64,000 nucleotides of DNA from an uncultured Anaerolineaceae bacterium (GTDB lineage Bacteria; Chloroflexota; Anaerolineae; Aggregatilineales; Phototrophicaceae), in NCBI GenBank assembly GCA_964593565.1, contig CAZQIY010000005.1, positions 18,334 to 82,333 on the forward strand. Direction: 5' to 3'. The translations under genes were made by a program, and so were the position numbers. The notes under the pieces are model-generated. The model saw only the letters and a program-made list of their open reading frames with translations, had not been told where the DNA came from and ran no database searches. Below are positions 25,321-35,319 of the stretch, piece by piece (within the stretch, counting starts at the first letter, position 1; each line of letters starts with the position of its first letter).

Positions 25321-27150
25321 ATGGGTGGTCCCGCATTCATGCGCGGGCTGGAAGCCGATAAATATGACCGCCAGTATACAGATGCCTACCTGTTCCGGCG
25401 CATCCTGAGCTATTTTAAAACCTACCGGCGGCAGGCCATCATCATGCTGACCGCGTTTGCGGTGCTGGCTGTGCTGATCGGTGTGCAGCCGCTGCTGATC
25501 TCGGAAGGGGTGGCCCAACTGGAGGATGCGGGCAGCCCGGTGCCACAGCTCGTGCTGGGGGCGCTGTTTGTGGCGGCATTTTTACAATACATTTCCAACT
25601 GGGCGCGCCGCCGCATGCTGACCTTTATCGTCGGCAATGTGGTCGCCCGGATGCGCAAGGATGCCGTCGTGGCGGCAGTGGGGCGTGACCTGGCTTTTTA
25701 TGATGAGAACAGCACTGGCAAGATTGTCAGCCGCATCACCAGCGATACGCAGGAATTTGGCGATATCGTCATGGTCAGCAGCGACATTGTGACGCAGGTG
25801 CTGCAGGTATTTATTCTGGTGTTTATCATGCTCAGCCGGTCCGTCACCATGACCGCCCTGCTGCTGGCAGTCGCCCCGGTGGTGGTGCTGGCGGCGCTGG
25901 CGTTCCGGCGCATGGCGCGGTTCGTCACCCGGCAGTCGTCGCGCCAGCTTGCCATCGTCAACAGCACCATTCAGGAAAGCGTCTCCGGCATCAGCGTGGC
26001 CAAAAATTTCCGCAAAGAGGCCATGGTTTATGATCAGTTCGTGCAGGTGAACAACGATTCCTACCGCATCAACCTGCAGCGCGGGCTGGTGCTGGCGCTG
26101 GTCTTCCCGGTGCTGACGGTGCTTTCCGGGCTGGCCACCGCGCTGATTGTGTATGCCGGGGCGTCTCTGGTCATCGCCGGGACGATTTCTGCGGCGGCCT
26201 GGTTCCTGTTTGTGCAGGGGGTGGATCGCTTCTGGTTCCCCTTCATGAACGTGTCCTCGTTCTGGAGCCAGTTCCAGCAGGGCCTCAGCGCGACAGAACG
26301 TGTTTTTGCGCTCATCGACGCGGAAAACACCATTGTCCAGCACGATCAGCAGCCCGCCGCCCGGCTTTCCGGCCATATTGAATTTGAGGATGTCACCTTT
26401 GAGTATGTGCCCGGCGACCCTGTGCTGAAAAACTTCAACCTCGAGATTCAGCCGGGCGAAAGTGTGGCCTTTGTGGGGCACACCGGCGCGGGTAAAAGCA
26501 CCATCGCCAAGCTGATCACACGCTTTTATGAATTTCAGCGTGGGCAGATTCGGGTGGATGGGCAGGATATTCGTTCCTTCGATCTTCAGTCATACCGCAG
26601 CCGTCTGGGTATTGTGCCGCAGGCGCCGTTTCTGTTCAGCGGGACGATTATGGAGAATATCCGCTACAGCAAGCCGGACGCCACGGATGCCGAGATTGAG
26701 GAAATTGCCTACAGCATCGGCGGGGGCGAATGGCTGGAAACCCTGCCGGATGGACTCAACAGTGATGTGGGCGAACGCGGCGCGCGCCTGAGCATGGGCC
26801 AGCGCCAGCTTGTTAGCCTGCTGCGGGTGCTGCTGCAGCGGCCTGCTATCTTTATCCTGGACGAAGCCACCGCCAGCATCGACCCCTTTACCGAGATGCA
26901 GATTCAGGAAGCGCTGAACATGATTCTGGCGCGTTCCACCTCCATTCTGATCGCGCATCGCCTGAGCACGGTGCGCAGCGCGGATCGTATCATTGTGCTG
27001 CGCCAGGGCGAGATTATCGAGCAGGGCAGCCACGAGTCGCTGATGGAGCAGGAAGGGCACTACGCGGAACTGTACAACACCTACTTCCGCCACCAGTCGC
27101 TCAGCTACATCGAAAATGCGAAGGATATGTTCACGGCCAGAAACGCCTGA
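25321..27150 (+). CDS. ABC exporter half-transporter (TMD-NBD), consensus-site subunit
   Basis: 609 aa. Walker A GHTGAGKST, Walker B ILDEATAS, altered signature LSMGQRQ. Confidence 0.9.
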   Translation: MGGPAFMRGLEADKYDRQYTDAYLFRRILSYFKTYRRQAIIMLTAFAVLAVLIGVQPLLISEGVAQLEDAGSPVPQLVLGALFVAAFLQYISNWARRRMLTFIVGNVVARMRKDAVVAAVGRDLAFYDENSTGKIVSRITSDTQEFGDIVMVSSDIVTQVLQVFILVFIMLSRSVTMTALLLAVAPVVVLAALAFRRMARFVTRQSSRQLAIVNSTIQESVSGISVAKNFRKEAMVYDQFVQVNNDSYRINLQRGLVLALVFPVLTVLSGLATALIVYAGASLVIAGTISAAAWFLFVQGVDRFWFPFMNVSSFWSQFQQGLSATERVFALIDAENTIVQHDQQPAARLSGHIEFEDVTFEYVPGDPVLKNFNLEIQPGESVAFVGHTGAGKSTIAKLITRFYEFQRGQIRVDGQDIRSFDLQSYRSRLGIVPQAPFLFSGTIMENIRYSKPDATDAEIEEIAYSIGGGEWLETLPDGLNSDVGERGARLSMGQRQLVSLLRVLLQRPAIFILDEATASIDPFTEMQIQEALNMILARSTSILIAHRLSTVRSADRIIVLRQGEIIEQGSHESLMEQEGHYAELYNTYFRHQSLSYIENAKDMFTARNA

Positions 27151-27168
27151 CAGCCTGATGGTGCAGGT

Positions 27169-28188
27169 ATGAACATCCTTGCCCTGACCACACGCGGCCT
27201 GGAATCCATCAGCGCGGCGGAAATGAGCACCCTGCCCGGCATGGTCAGCCCGCAGGTGGCTTACCGCCGCGTGACCGCCGAATATCAGGGCGCGCTGAAG
27301 CACCTGCTGCGCCTGACCACCGTCGATGATGTATTTATCCATCTGGCCACGTGGGAGGGCATTGGCCGCCCACGCGATGCCCTCAGGCATCTGAATCAGC
27401 ACAGCCAGGGGCTTGATGTCGCGGTGGCGGTGGGGGCGCTGCGCGATCTGCGCCCGCTGGATGCCGCCCCGGCATTTTCCATCACCGCCAGTTTTGTTGG
27501 CAAGCGCAATTACACCACCGCAGAAATTAAGCAGGCTGTGGCCGAAGGCGTGCTGGCGGCGCAGCCGGGCTGGCGCTATGTCGATGATGACCGCGACGCC
27601 GCGCTGAACCTGCGCCTGTTTATCGAGCATGAAACCGCGCTGGTGGGGCTGCGCATTGGCGCCACCAGCCTGCACCGGCGGCCCTATAAGCAGCATCATC
27701 TGCCCGGCGCGCTGAAGCCATCAGTCGCGGCGGCCATGCTCCACGTGGCCGGGCTGGAACCGGGGCAGCGGCTGCTTGATCCTTTCTGTGGCACCGCCAC
27801 GATTGTCATTGAAGCGGCCTATCAGGGGGCGGCGGCGGCGGGCAGCGACCTGGCGGCCAATGCGCTGCAAATGGCGCTGGCGGACCTGAACCGCGCCGCG
27901 CTGTATGCAACCTTTGTGCAGGGGGATGCGCGCCAACTGCCTTTCAGGCGCGCCTGTATGGACTGCGTGGTTTCGAATATGCCCTGGGGCAAGCAGGTGC
28001 TGAACCCGCAGGACCTGCCTACGCTGTACCGCGCCAGTTACGCCGAAATGCGGCGGGTTATCGCGCCGGGCGGGGTCATCGTGCTGCTGACCAGCACGCC
28101 GGAACTGCTGCCCGATCAGCCGCAGATACAGATCGAGATCAGCCTGTTTGGGGAAACGCCAAAGATCAGCCTGTTTCGCCCCGGCTGA
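27169..28188 (+). CDS. THUMP-domain RNA (guanine-N2-type) methyltransferase
   Basis: 339 aa. N-terminal THUMP-like region, SAM motif LLDPFCGTATIVIEA and catalytic tetrapeptide region VSNMPWG (NPPY-type). Confidence 0.75.
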   Translation: MNILALTTRGLESISAAEMSTLPGMVSPQVAYRRVTAEYQGALKHLLRLTTVDDVFIHLATWEGIGRPRDALRHLNQHSQGLDVAVAVGALRDLRPLDAAPAFSITASFVGKRNYTTAEIKQAVAEGVLAAQPGWRYVDDDRDAALNLRLFIEHETALVGLRIGATSLHRRPYKQHHLPGALKPSVAAAMLHVAGLEPGQRLLDPFCGTATIVIEAAYQGAAAAGSDLAANALQMALADLNRAALYATFVQGDARQLPFRRACMDCVVSNMPWGKQVLNPQDLPTLYRASYAEMRRVIAPGGVIVLLTSTPELLPDQPQIQIEISLFGETPKISLFRPG

Positions 28189-28205
28189 GACGCATCAGCG
28201 TCGGG

Positions 28206-28754
28206 TTATTCGCCGCCGTACAGTTCCTGCCAGACGGCGCGCAGTTCGCGGTAGGTGTTCTCCAGCGAATCCGGAATGACGCGGGTGGAGGCGACGGTGC
28301 TCATAAAGTTCACATCGCCTGCCCAGCGCGGCACGATATGGAAATGATAATGCTCCGCGATGCCCGCGCCCGCCGCCGCGCCGATGTTGGCCCCCAGGTT
28401 GAATGCCTGCGGATTATACAGGCGGCGCAGCGCCCCCAGCGCCCGGTTGGTCGTCAGCATCAGGTCGGTGAGCGCTTCTGTGGGCAGGGCTTCCTGCGTA
28501 TCGACATGGGCATAGGGCACGACCATCACATGGCCGTTGTTATAGGGGTACAGGTTCAGCGTGACGTAAACATGCTGCGAACGGGCGACGATCTGTTCCT
28601 CGTCGTCCTGCGCGTTGATCTTGTTGCAGAAAATGCAGCCTTCCACCGGTTTTTTCTCACCTCGAATATAGGCCATGCGCCAGGGTGTCCAGAGATGATC
28701 CACGATACCCTCACTTTTCGCTCTTGGGTCTGTCCGCAGGCATGTTACAATCAT
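28206..28754 (-). CDS. HIT (histidine triad) family protein
   Basis: 182 aa. LWTPWRMAYI, CIFC and the histidine triad HYHFHIVPRW. Confidence 0.85.
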   Translation of the reverse strand: MIVTCLRTDPRAKSEGIVDHLWTPWRMAYIRGEKKPVEGCIFCNKINAQDDEEQIVARSQHVYVTLNLYPYNNGHVMVVPYAHVDTQEALPTEALTDLMLTTNRALGALRRLYNPQAFNLGANIGAAAGAGIAEHYHFHIVPRWAGDVNFMSTVASTRVIPDSLENTYRELRAVWQELYGGE

Positions 28755-28782
28755 CGGGCATACTTGAAAAGAGAGAGTCGCC

Positions 28783-29532
28783 TTGAGTCTGAATCAGGAA
28801 CGTCTGCAAAGCCTGCTGGCGCCGCGTCCGGTGCGGTTTTATGCGCAGGCCGGCAGCACCAATGATATCGCCCGCGAATGGCTGCTGGATGGAGCGCCGG
28901 CGGGTGCGGTGGTGATTGCGGATGAGCAGGTGCAGGGCCGGGGGCGTCTGGGACGTGCCTGGCACACGCCCGCTGGCAGTGCGCTGGCCCTGTCTGTGGT
29001 GCTGCACCCGACGCCGGAGGCTCTGCCGCGCCTGAGCATGCTGGGCGCGCTGGCGGTGGCGGATCTGGCGGCGCAGCCTGGCGCGGCGGATGTGGGCATC
29101 AAATGGCCCAACGATGTGCAGATCGGCGGGTTGAAGGTATCCGGCGTGCTGCCCGAAGCGGTATGGCAGGGCGCGCATCTGGCCGGGGCGGTGCTGGGGC
29201 TGGGGGTCAATGTGCGGGTCGATTTTGCCGGTACGGACCTGCAGGGCAAGGCCACCAGCCTGGAAACGGCGCTGGGGCGGCGGCTGGATCGCGCAGAACT
29301 GGCGCAGGCGCTGCTGGCGTGTATAGAGCGTTGGTACGGGCGCATTGGCACGGAAGCATTCTTTGCGGCATGGCAGGGGCGGCTTTCCACCCTGGGGCAG
29401 TGGGTGACAGTAGGCGATGTGCAGGGGCAGGCAGAAGCCGTGAATGCAGACGGCGCGCTGCTGGTGCGCGATGCCAGCGGAGAGATTCATCAGATAACAG
29501 CCGGTGATCTGGCGATAGGGATGAGCAGTTAA
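28783..29532 (+). CDS. birA: biotin--[acetyl-CoA-carboxylase] ligase (group I, no HTH domain)
   Basis: 249 aa, TTG start. Motifs GSTND, QVQGRGRLGRAWHTPAGSALALSV and KWPNDV. Confidence 0.88.
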   Translation: MSLNQERLQSLLAPRPVRFYAQAGSTNDIAREWLLDGAPAGAVVIADEQVQGRGRLGRAWHTPAGSALALSVVLHPTPEALPRLSMLGALAVADLAAQPGAADVGIKWPNDVQIGGLKVSGVLPEAVWQGAHLAGAVLGLGVNVRVDFAGTDLQGKATSLETALGRRLDRAELAQALLACIERWYGRIGTEAFFAAWQGRLSTLGQWVTVGDVQGQAEAVNADGALLVRDASGEIHQITAGDLAIGMSS

Positions 29533-30902
29533 TGGTTCGTCTGGATTGGGAAATAGAATCCGAACAGCAGGTGGTGCGGCAGACAGGCGGCGAGGACCCG
29601 GAATCGCGCCGCCGCCGTCGCCGTCGCCAGTTGATATTGCTGATGCTGCCGCTGGTGCTGGTCGGGCTGGTGGCGCTGGTGGTGGGGGTGGTCATTTTCC
29701 GTCTGCGGCAGGTCGAGGCGGAGACAGTGCAGGTGCTGCGTGATACGGTGGATGCCGAAGTGGCGACCCTGCGCATTGGCGATGAGCAGGCATTTCTGGG
29801 GTTTCAGCGCAGCGCCAACGACACCTGGCTGAGCGCGCAGCAGGAGGCGTTCAACCGCTATCAGGACCTGAAGCTGAATGATCAGATTCAACTGACTGGC
29901 CAGATTCTGGATGCGGCGGTGGATGGTCACCGGGCGCGGGTGCAGGTGCAGGAAATTCTGGACGGCGCGCCTTATGTGCAGACCTGGTTTTACTGGCGTT
30001 ATGATGATGGCTGGCGCCATGTTCCGCCGGATTACACTTTCTGGGGGGATGCCGCCACGCTGGAAACAGACCGCCTGACGATTCGTTATCAGCGCGTCGA
30101 TGAAGCGCTGGCGCATACTATGCGCGATGCGCTGGCCGGGTGGCTGCAAACCGCCTGCGCCAGCCTGGGCTGTGCTGATCTGCCAATGGTGACGGTGGAA
30201 ATCGTGCCGGACCCTGGCCTCGCCAGCGGCTGGTCTGCGGAGGATGCCTGGTTATTGCGGGTGCGTTCGCCCTATACGCAGGCGGCGCGGCAGGATATGC
30301 CCTTTGATTTTGCGCTCCAGTTTGAACTGGCCAATCTGCTGGCAGAACGGCTGGTGGGGGTGACCGCCGGCGGGATGCAGCCCGTTTATCCGGCGGATGC
30401 CTTTTATCTGCTTTCGTCGGTGGATTCGTGGCTGGTGGGCCGGTTCGTGTCGATAAACACCAACAGCTTTCTCGTCGACAGCGTGGCCCGGAATTACGGT
30501 GAAGAAGCGGTGGGCGGCCTGCTGCGCGCCATGCAGCCGGATTCCAGCGCGGCGGTGCTGAACAGTATTCTTGGTACGCAATCGCTGGCACAGGCCAACC
30601 TGGACTGGCGCGACTTTCTGACATGGCGGCTGACGCTGGAAGACGAACTGATCCAGCGTGGCGATGAGAATAACTTCCTGGCCCTGTACGACACCCGCGA
30701 CGAATCCATCCGCAATCAGGCTTACCAGCGCTACAATGCCGGGCCAGCAGGCGAAAACCGGGTGGTGGTATCTGTCACACCGGAAACCACACCAGAAGGC
30801 ATTTATCAACTGCGGGCGCTGGTGGAAGTGGGCGACCCGGCCACACGGCAGGAAGAGGTGCTGTTCCGGCTGGTGGATGAGCGCTGGCTGCGGGCAAATT
30901 GA
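29532..30902 (+). CDS. hypothetical single-pass membrane protein with large extracytoplasmic region
   Basis: 456 aa. Start overlaps the birA stop (TAATG). Arg run RRRRRRR, then TM LILLMLPLVLVGLVALVVGVVIF. I recognise no family. Confidence 0.6.
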   Translation: MVRLDWEIESEQQVVRQTGGEDPESRRRRRRRQLILLMLPLVLVGLVALVVGVVIFRLRQVEAETVQVLRDTVDAEVATLRIGDEQAFLGFQRSANDTWLSAQQEAFNRYQDLKLNDQIQLTGQILDAAVDGHRARVQVQEILDGAPYVQTWFYWRYDDGWRHVPPDYTFWGDAATLETDRLTIRYQRVDEALAHTMRDALAGWLQTACASLGCADLPMVTVEIVPDPGLASGWSAEDAWLLRVRSPYTQAARQDMPFDFALQFELANLLAERLVGVTAGGMQPVYPADAFYLLSSVDSWLVGRFVSINTNSFLVDSVARNYGEEAVGGLLRAMQPDSSAAVLNSILGTQSLAQANLDWRDFLTWRLTLEDELIQRGDENNFLALYDTRDESIRNQAYQRYNAGPAGENRVVVSVTPETTPEGIYQLRALVEVGDPATRQEEVLFRLVDERWLRAN

Positions 30903-30957
30903 CAGGCGTTCTGATCTGGATTATGCTGGAAAACACGCGTGCTGAGGAGAATGATTG

Positions 30958-31176
30958 ATGCTGGATGATCTGCGCAGAGACGCGCTGGAAAACGATTTTG
31001 AGGATTTTGAGGAAGAAGAGGATACCTACGTTGCCGAGGTGGATACTTCTGGCGACGGGGGCCGTTTTCTGGGCATGACGGCGGTAGAGCGCATGTTCCT
31101 GTCGATCTTCTTCTTTATGAATGTGGTGGTACTGGGGCTGGCGCTGCTGCTGGCAACACAGCGAATTATGCTGTAA
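30958..31176 (+). CDS. small tail-anchored membrane protein, acidic N-terminus
   Basis: 72 aa from ATG 30958 (the track uses TTG 30955). RBS GAGGAG lies 8 nt upstream. MLDDLRRDALENDFEDFEEEEDTYVAEVD..., then TM FLSIFFFMNVVVLGLALLLA. Confidence 0.5.
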   Translation: MLDDLRRDALENDFEDFEEEEDTYVAEVDTSGDGGRFLGMTAVERMFLSIFFFMNVVVLGLALLLATQRIML

Positions 31177-31228
31177 TTCCGCCAGTATTCCACTGCTGGC
31201 CAGGCGCGTGACTGCGCTGTATCCTGGC

Positions 31229-31714
31229 TCACTCGTTGAGGGCCGCTAATTCCGCTTCAATCCTGCCAGCATAATCTCTCGCCTGGGCGGCGTATTCGCC
31301 ATCCGGCGCCAGTGCCAGATAATGCCGGAAGTCTGCCAGCGCTTCCTCGCGCAGGGCCTGCCCGGTCTGCAAAACCGAATAATACAGCACCCCACGATGA
31401 AAATAGGCATCGGCGTAATCCGGCGCGAGTGCTATCGCCGTGTTGAAATCTTCCAGCGACTCATCCCATTCGTACAGGTTCAGGTAAAGCTGCCCCCGAT
31501 TGATATAGAGCAGGGGGTTATCCGGCTGAAGGTCGATCATGAGGCTGGCATAACCGAGTGCCGATACTGTTTCAAATTCGCCGGCGCTGCGCTGCTGCCA
31601 TACCAGAAAACGCGCGGCTTCCCTGGCGACAGACCCAGCAAAATTACCAACCGGGGCACAGCCCGTCACCCCGGCCATACTCATCAGCACGATGATCATC
31701 CAGAAACGGCGCAT
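31229..31714 (-). CDS. TPR-repeat lipoprotein
   Basis: 161 aa. Signal and lipobox MRRFWMIIVLMSMAGVTGC. TPR units (YINRGQLYLNLYEWDESLEDFNTAIALAPDYADAYFHRGVLY). GGAGG RBS. Confidence 0.8.
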   Translation of the reverse strand: MRRFWMIIVLMSMAGVTGCAPVGNFAGSVAREAARFLVWQQRSAGEFETVSALGYASLMIDLQPDNPLLYINRGQLYLNLYEWDESLEDFNTAIALAPDYADAYFHRGVLYYSVLQTGQALREEALADFRHYLALAPDGEYAAQARDYAGRIEAELAALNE

Positions 31715-31731
31715 GATTGGCCTCCGTGTGG

Positions 31732-31776
31732 GTTATCCCAAAAAATTTGGGATAACGCTCTTAACATTTGGGATAC
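31732..31776. promoter_or_regulatory. candidate operator: 11-bp-arm perfect palindrome plus a third half-site
   Basis: GTTATCCCAAA-AAA-TTTGGGATAAC at 31732-31756, and TTTGGGATAC again at 31767-31776. Half-site starts are 21 bp apart. Lies between the divergent lipoprotein gene and gyrA. Confidence 0.45.
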
Positions 31777-31788
31777 AGGAACCCGCTA

Positions 31789-31817
31789 TCGCCATTTTTG
31801 CCATTTTGGAGTATAAT
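31789..31817 (+). promoter_or_regulatory. candidate gyrA promoter
   Basis: TCGCCA (31789-31794), a 17-nt spacer, then TATAAT (31812-31817). Implies a leader of about 170 nt. Confidence 0.3.
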
Positions 31818-31989
31818 AAAAGCGTTATGGACAGACAATGGTACGGGTGCTGGATGTGTAACATCGTTAATGGAATCCCCCGCATAATGCACCCTCACGC
31901 CGGGCTTAAACACCGCATCCGGCGAAGAAACTGACGACAGAGAATGACCACGAAAGGAGTTCGGCGCTGCCGGGTGGTGCAGCCCCGCA

Positions 31990-34506
31990 GTGCGCCTGTT
32001 GCCTATGGATGAAATCGGGATTGTACGCCCCATAAATATTAACGAGGAGATGCGCGGCAGCTACCTCGACTATGCCATGAGTGTCATTGTGGCCCGCGCC
32101 CTGCCAGATGCGCGCGACGGTCTGAAACCGGTCCACCGGCGCATTCTGTATGCCATGCACGAGATGGGCATGCGCTATAACTCGCAGTACAAGAAGAGCG
32201 CCCGTGTGGTGGGCGATGTGCTGGGGAAATATCATCCGCACGGCGACAGCGCAGTGTATGATGCCATGGCCCGCATGGTGCAGGATTTCTCGCTGCGCTA
32301 CCCCCTTATCGACGGCCAGGGCAACTTCGGCAGTGTCGATGGTGACAGCCCGGCGGCCATGCGTTATACCGAAGCGCGGCTGGCGCGCATCGCCGAAGAA
32401 CTGCTGGTCGATATCAGCATGAACACGGTGGATTTTGTCGATAATTATGACGGCACCCAGCAGGAACCGGAAGTGCTGCCGGCGCGTCTGCCAAATCTGC
32501 TGCTGAACGGCACCAGCGGCATCGCGGTTGGTATGGCGACCAGTATTCCGCCGCACAACCTGCGCGAACTGGTGGCCGCGATCACCTATCTGATTGATAA
32601 CGCAGAACGCATTGATGATGTCACCGTCGATGAACTGATGCAGTTCGTCACCGGGCCGGACTTTCCCACCGGGGCCATTATCGTGGCGGATGACGGCCTG
32701 AAGGAAGCCTATGCCACCGGGCGGGGCCGGGTGGTGGTGCGCGCGCGGGCAGAATTTGAAGAAATCCGCGATGAACGGCATCGCATTGTGTTTACGGAAA
32801 TCCCCTACCAGGTGGGCAAATCTGCCATTATCGAGCGCATCGTCTCGCTGGTGCGCGAAGGGCGCATCGACGCCATTGCCGACCTGCGCGATGAATCTGA
32901 CCGGAAAGGCATGCGGCTGGCGGTGGAACTGCGCCGGGGCGCGCAGCCGCTGAAAGTGCTCAACCAGCTTTACAAATACACCCAGCTTCAAAGCACCTTC
33001 AGCATCCAGATGCTGGCCCTGGTCAACGGCGAACCGCGCACCCTCGGCCTCAAGCGGTCGCTGCAAATCTATGTTGAACATCGCTATGATGTCATCGTCC
33101 GCCGTTCTGAATACGAACTGGAACGACTGCGGGCGCGGGCGCACATCCTGGAAGGGCTGCTCAAGGCGCTGACCAGTATTGACCGCATAATTCAGACGAT
33201 TCGTTCGTCAGATGATACCGAAGCCGCCCGCAGCCAGTTGATCAGCCGGTTTGATCTGACCGAAGCGCAGGCCAACGCGATCCTGGAAATGCAGCTTCGG
33301 CGGCTGGCCGCGCTGGAACAGCAAAAGCTCAAGGATGAATATGACGAGGTGATGTCGCGCATCACCTATCTGGAAGACCTGCTGGCATCGCCCGCGATGA
33401 TCCTGTCCGTCATTCGCGAGGACGTGAACGACCTTGCAGAGACCTTTGGCGATAACCGCCGCACAGAAATCCAGTACGGCGTCAGCACCGAATTTAACGA
33501 AGCGGACCTGGTGCGCGATGAGCGTGTGCTGGTGACGCTGTCGACACGGGGCTATATCAAGCGCGTGCCAACCACCGCCTACAGATCGCAGCGGCGCGGC
33601 GGCAAGGGTGTGATCGGCATGACCACCAAAGAGGAAGATGCCATCTGGGATATCTTCTCTGCGGGCAGCCTGGATTATCTGCTGTTCTTCAGCGACCGGG
33701 GCAAGGTGTACTGCGAACGCACCTTTGCCATCCCGGAAACGCAGCGCGCCAGCAAGGGCACGCTCATACACTCGATTTTGCCCCTGATGCCGGATGAACA
33801 TATCACGGCGGTGCTGCCGGTCAGTACTTTTGACGGCGTCGAAGGCTATTTCACGATGGCCACGCGGCATGGGCGCATCAAGCGCGTGCATCTGGATCAG
33901 TTCGCGGATGTGCGGCCCAGCGGCCTGATCGCCATCACGCTCGACCCTGGCGACACCCTGAACTGGGTGAAATACACCACCGGCAGCCAGCACATCATGC
34001 TGGTGACGGAAGGCGGGCAGGCGGTGCGCTTCCACGAAGATCAGGTGCGGGTGATGGGCCGCCCGGCAGCAGGCGTGAACGCCATCCGTCTGCTGCGCGG
34101 CGATATGGTCGCAGGCATGGACGTGATCGAGGAAGAGGATACGCATCTGCTGGTGGTCACCGCCAACGGCCACGGGAAACGTACCGCGCTGGATGAATAC
34201 GCGCTGCGCGGACGCTTTGGTATCGGTGTGCGCACGCTGGCCCGCAATGAAAAGACCGGGCCGGTGGTCAAGATGGGCTGCATCAAGGAAAGCGATGCCA
34301 TCATGCTCATGACGGAAAACGGGGTTGTGCTGCGGACTCAGCTTAACGAGATTCGCGAGACCGGGCGCAGCACCCAGGGCGTGACGCTGATGAATCTGGC
34401 CGAAGGTGACCGCGTGGTGGGGCTGGCGATCATGGATATAGAAGCCGAAGCCGCCGTAAACGAAAACGGCAAGCCACCTGCTAACGGGGCCGTGCCAGAA
34501 GAATAA
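31990..34506 (+). CDS. gyrA: DNA gyrase subunit A
   Basis: 838 aa. [42 protein letters not shown], active-site [10 protein letters not shown], and a C-terminal beta-pinwheel. GTG start at 31990; the ATG at 32005 (MDEIGIV...) is an equally plausible start. Confidence 0.97.
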   Translation: MRLLPMDEIGIVRPININEEMRGSYLDYAMSVIVARALPDARDGLKPVHRRILYAMHEMGMRYNSQYKKSARVVGDVLGKYHPHGDSAVYDAMARMVQDFSLRYPLIDGQGNFGSVDGDSPAAMRYTEARLARIAEELLVDISMNTVDFVDNYDGTQQEPEVLPARLPNLLLNGTSGIAVGMATSIPPHNLRELVAAITYLIDNAERIDDVTVDELMQFVTGPDFPTGAIIVADDGLKEAYATGRGRVVVRARAEFEEIRDERHRIVFTEIPYQVGKSAIIERIVSLVREGRIDAIADLRDESDRKGMRLAVELRRGAQPLKVLNQLYKYTQLQSTFSIQMLALVNGEPRTLGLKRSLQIYVEHRYDVIVRRSEYELERLRARAHILEGLLKALTSIDRIIQTIRSSDDTEAARSQLISRFDLTEAQANAILEMQLRRLAALEQQKLKDEYDEVMSRITYLEDLLASPAMILSVIREDVNDLAETFGDNRRTEIQYGVSTEFNEADLVRDERVLVTLSTRGYIKRVPTTAYRSQRRGGKGVIGMTTKEEDAIWDIFSAGSLDYLLFFSDRGKVYCERTFAIPETQRASKGTLIHSILPLMPDEHITAVLPVSTFDGVEGYFTMATRHGRIKRVHLDQFADVRPSGLIAITLDPGDTLNWVKYTTGSQHIMLVTEGGQAVRFHEDQVRVMGRPAAGVNAIRLLRGDMVAGMDVIEEEDTHLLVVTANGHGKRTALDEYALRGRFGIGVRTLARNEKTGPVVKMGCIKESDAIMLMTENGVVLRTQLNEIRETGRSTQGVTLMNLAEGDRVVGLAIMDIEAEAAVNENGKPPANGAVPEE

Positions 34507-34530
34507 CGGCTTGCAGGCTGATCACGGGAA

Positions 34531-34576
34531 AAATAAAACTGGCGAGCTAACACACAGTCTCGCCAGTTTTTGTTTT
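34531..34576. terminator. bidirectional rho-independent terminator between convergent gyrA and L25 genes
   Basis: Stem CTGGCGAG (34539-34546) / CTCGCCAG (34559-34566), 12-nt loop, A-run upstream and TTTTTGTTTT downstream. Confidence 0.8.
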
Positions 34577-34608
34577 GTGTCTCTGGTGCGGGCAGGGCAG
34601 AGAGGCGA

Positions 34609-35265
34609 TTATTCCTCGTCGCCTGCTTCTTCCTCAGCCGGGGCTTCGCCTTCAGCGGCTTCGGCTGCGGCTTCTTCGCTCTCGATTTCATCCAGCAGGG
34701 CAGCGCGGGCCGCCGACGGCTGGACGATGCGCACCACCAGATCTTCGGGGTCGTTGAGGATGTTGATGCCCTCGCCCAGGTCCAGATCGCGCACATGGAT
34801 TGAATCGCCCACTTCAGCCAGGCTGGAAAGATCGACTTCGACATATTCCGGCAGGTTGGCGGGCAGTGCTTCCACGCTCAGGCTGTTGGACCCTGTCAGC
34901 AGGATACCCTGGCTGCTGCTGACGGCCGGGCTTTCGCCGACGAACTGGACATAAATATCCGCCGCGATAGGCTGGGTCAGGTCGATTGCTACAAAATCGA
35001 CGTGCAGAATATCACCCCGGATGACGTGGCGCTGCACATCACGGGTCAGCACGGTGTGCTTCTGCTTATCGACCTGAATATCGATCAACTGAGTCCCGCC
35101 GGCCTTCATCAGGGCGACTTCCAGCGGACGATAGGGAATCTGAATCGAGACTGGCTCCATCTTTGATCCGTAAACAATCGCCGGAACCAGGCCCTGGTTG
35201 CGCAGTTGCTTCACCTGCTTGCCGGTGATGGTGCGCGGCTGCGCTTCGATGACATAATCAGCCAC
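34609..35265 (-). CDS. rplY: 50S ribosomal protein L25 / general stress protein Ctc
   Basis: 218 aa, GTG start with AAGGAGA RBS. ADYVIEAQPRTITGKQVKQLRNQGLVPAIVYG, plus the Ctc-type C-terminal domain and an acidic tail. Confidence 0.93.
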   Translation of the reverse strand: MADYVIEAQPRTITGKQVKQLRNQGLVPAIVYGSKMEPVSIQIPYRPLEVALMKAGGTQLIDIQVDKQKHTVLTRDVQRHVIRGDILHVDFVAIDLTQPIAADIYVQFVGESPAVSSSQGILLTGSNSLSVEALPANLPEYVEVDLSSLAEVGDSIHVRDLDLGEGINILNDPEDLVVRIVQPSAARAALLDEIESEEAAAEAAEGEAPAEEEAGDEE

Positions 35266-35319
35266 TGTTATTCTCCTTCAAACCAGAGCCTCGATGGAGA
35301 CTCTTTCATTCGTTTTCAA

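Noticed and set aside
31990-34506. Intein or insertion in gyrA (and in the 1752-aa protein)
   Set aside because: GyrA has normal length (838 aa) with contiguous conserved blocks. No Cys/Ser-start ... HN-end splicing blocks were seen in either protein.
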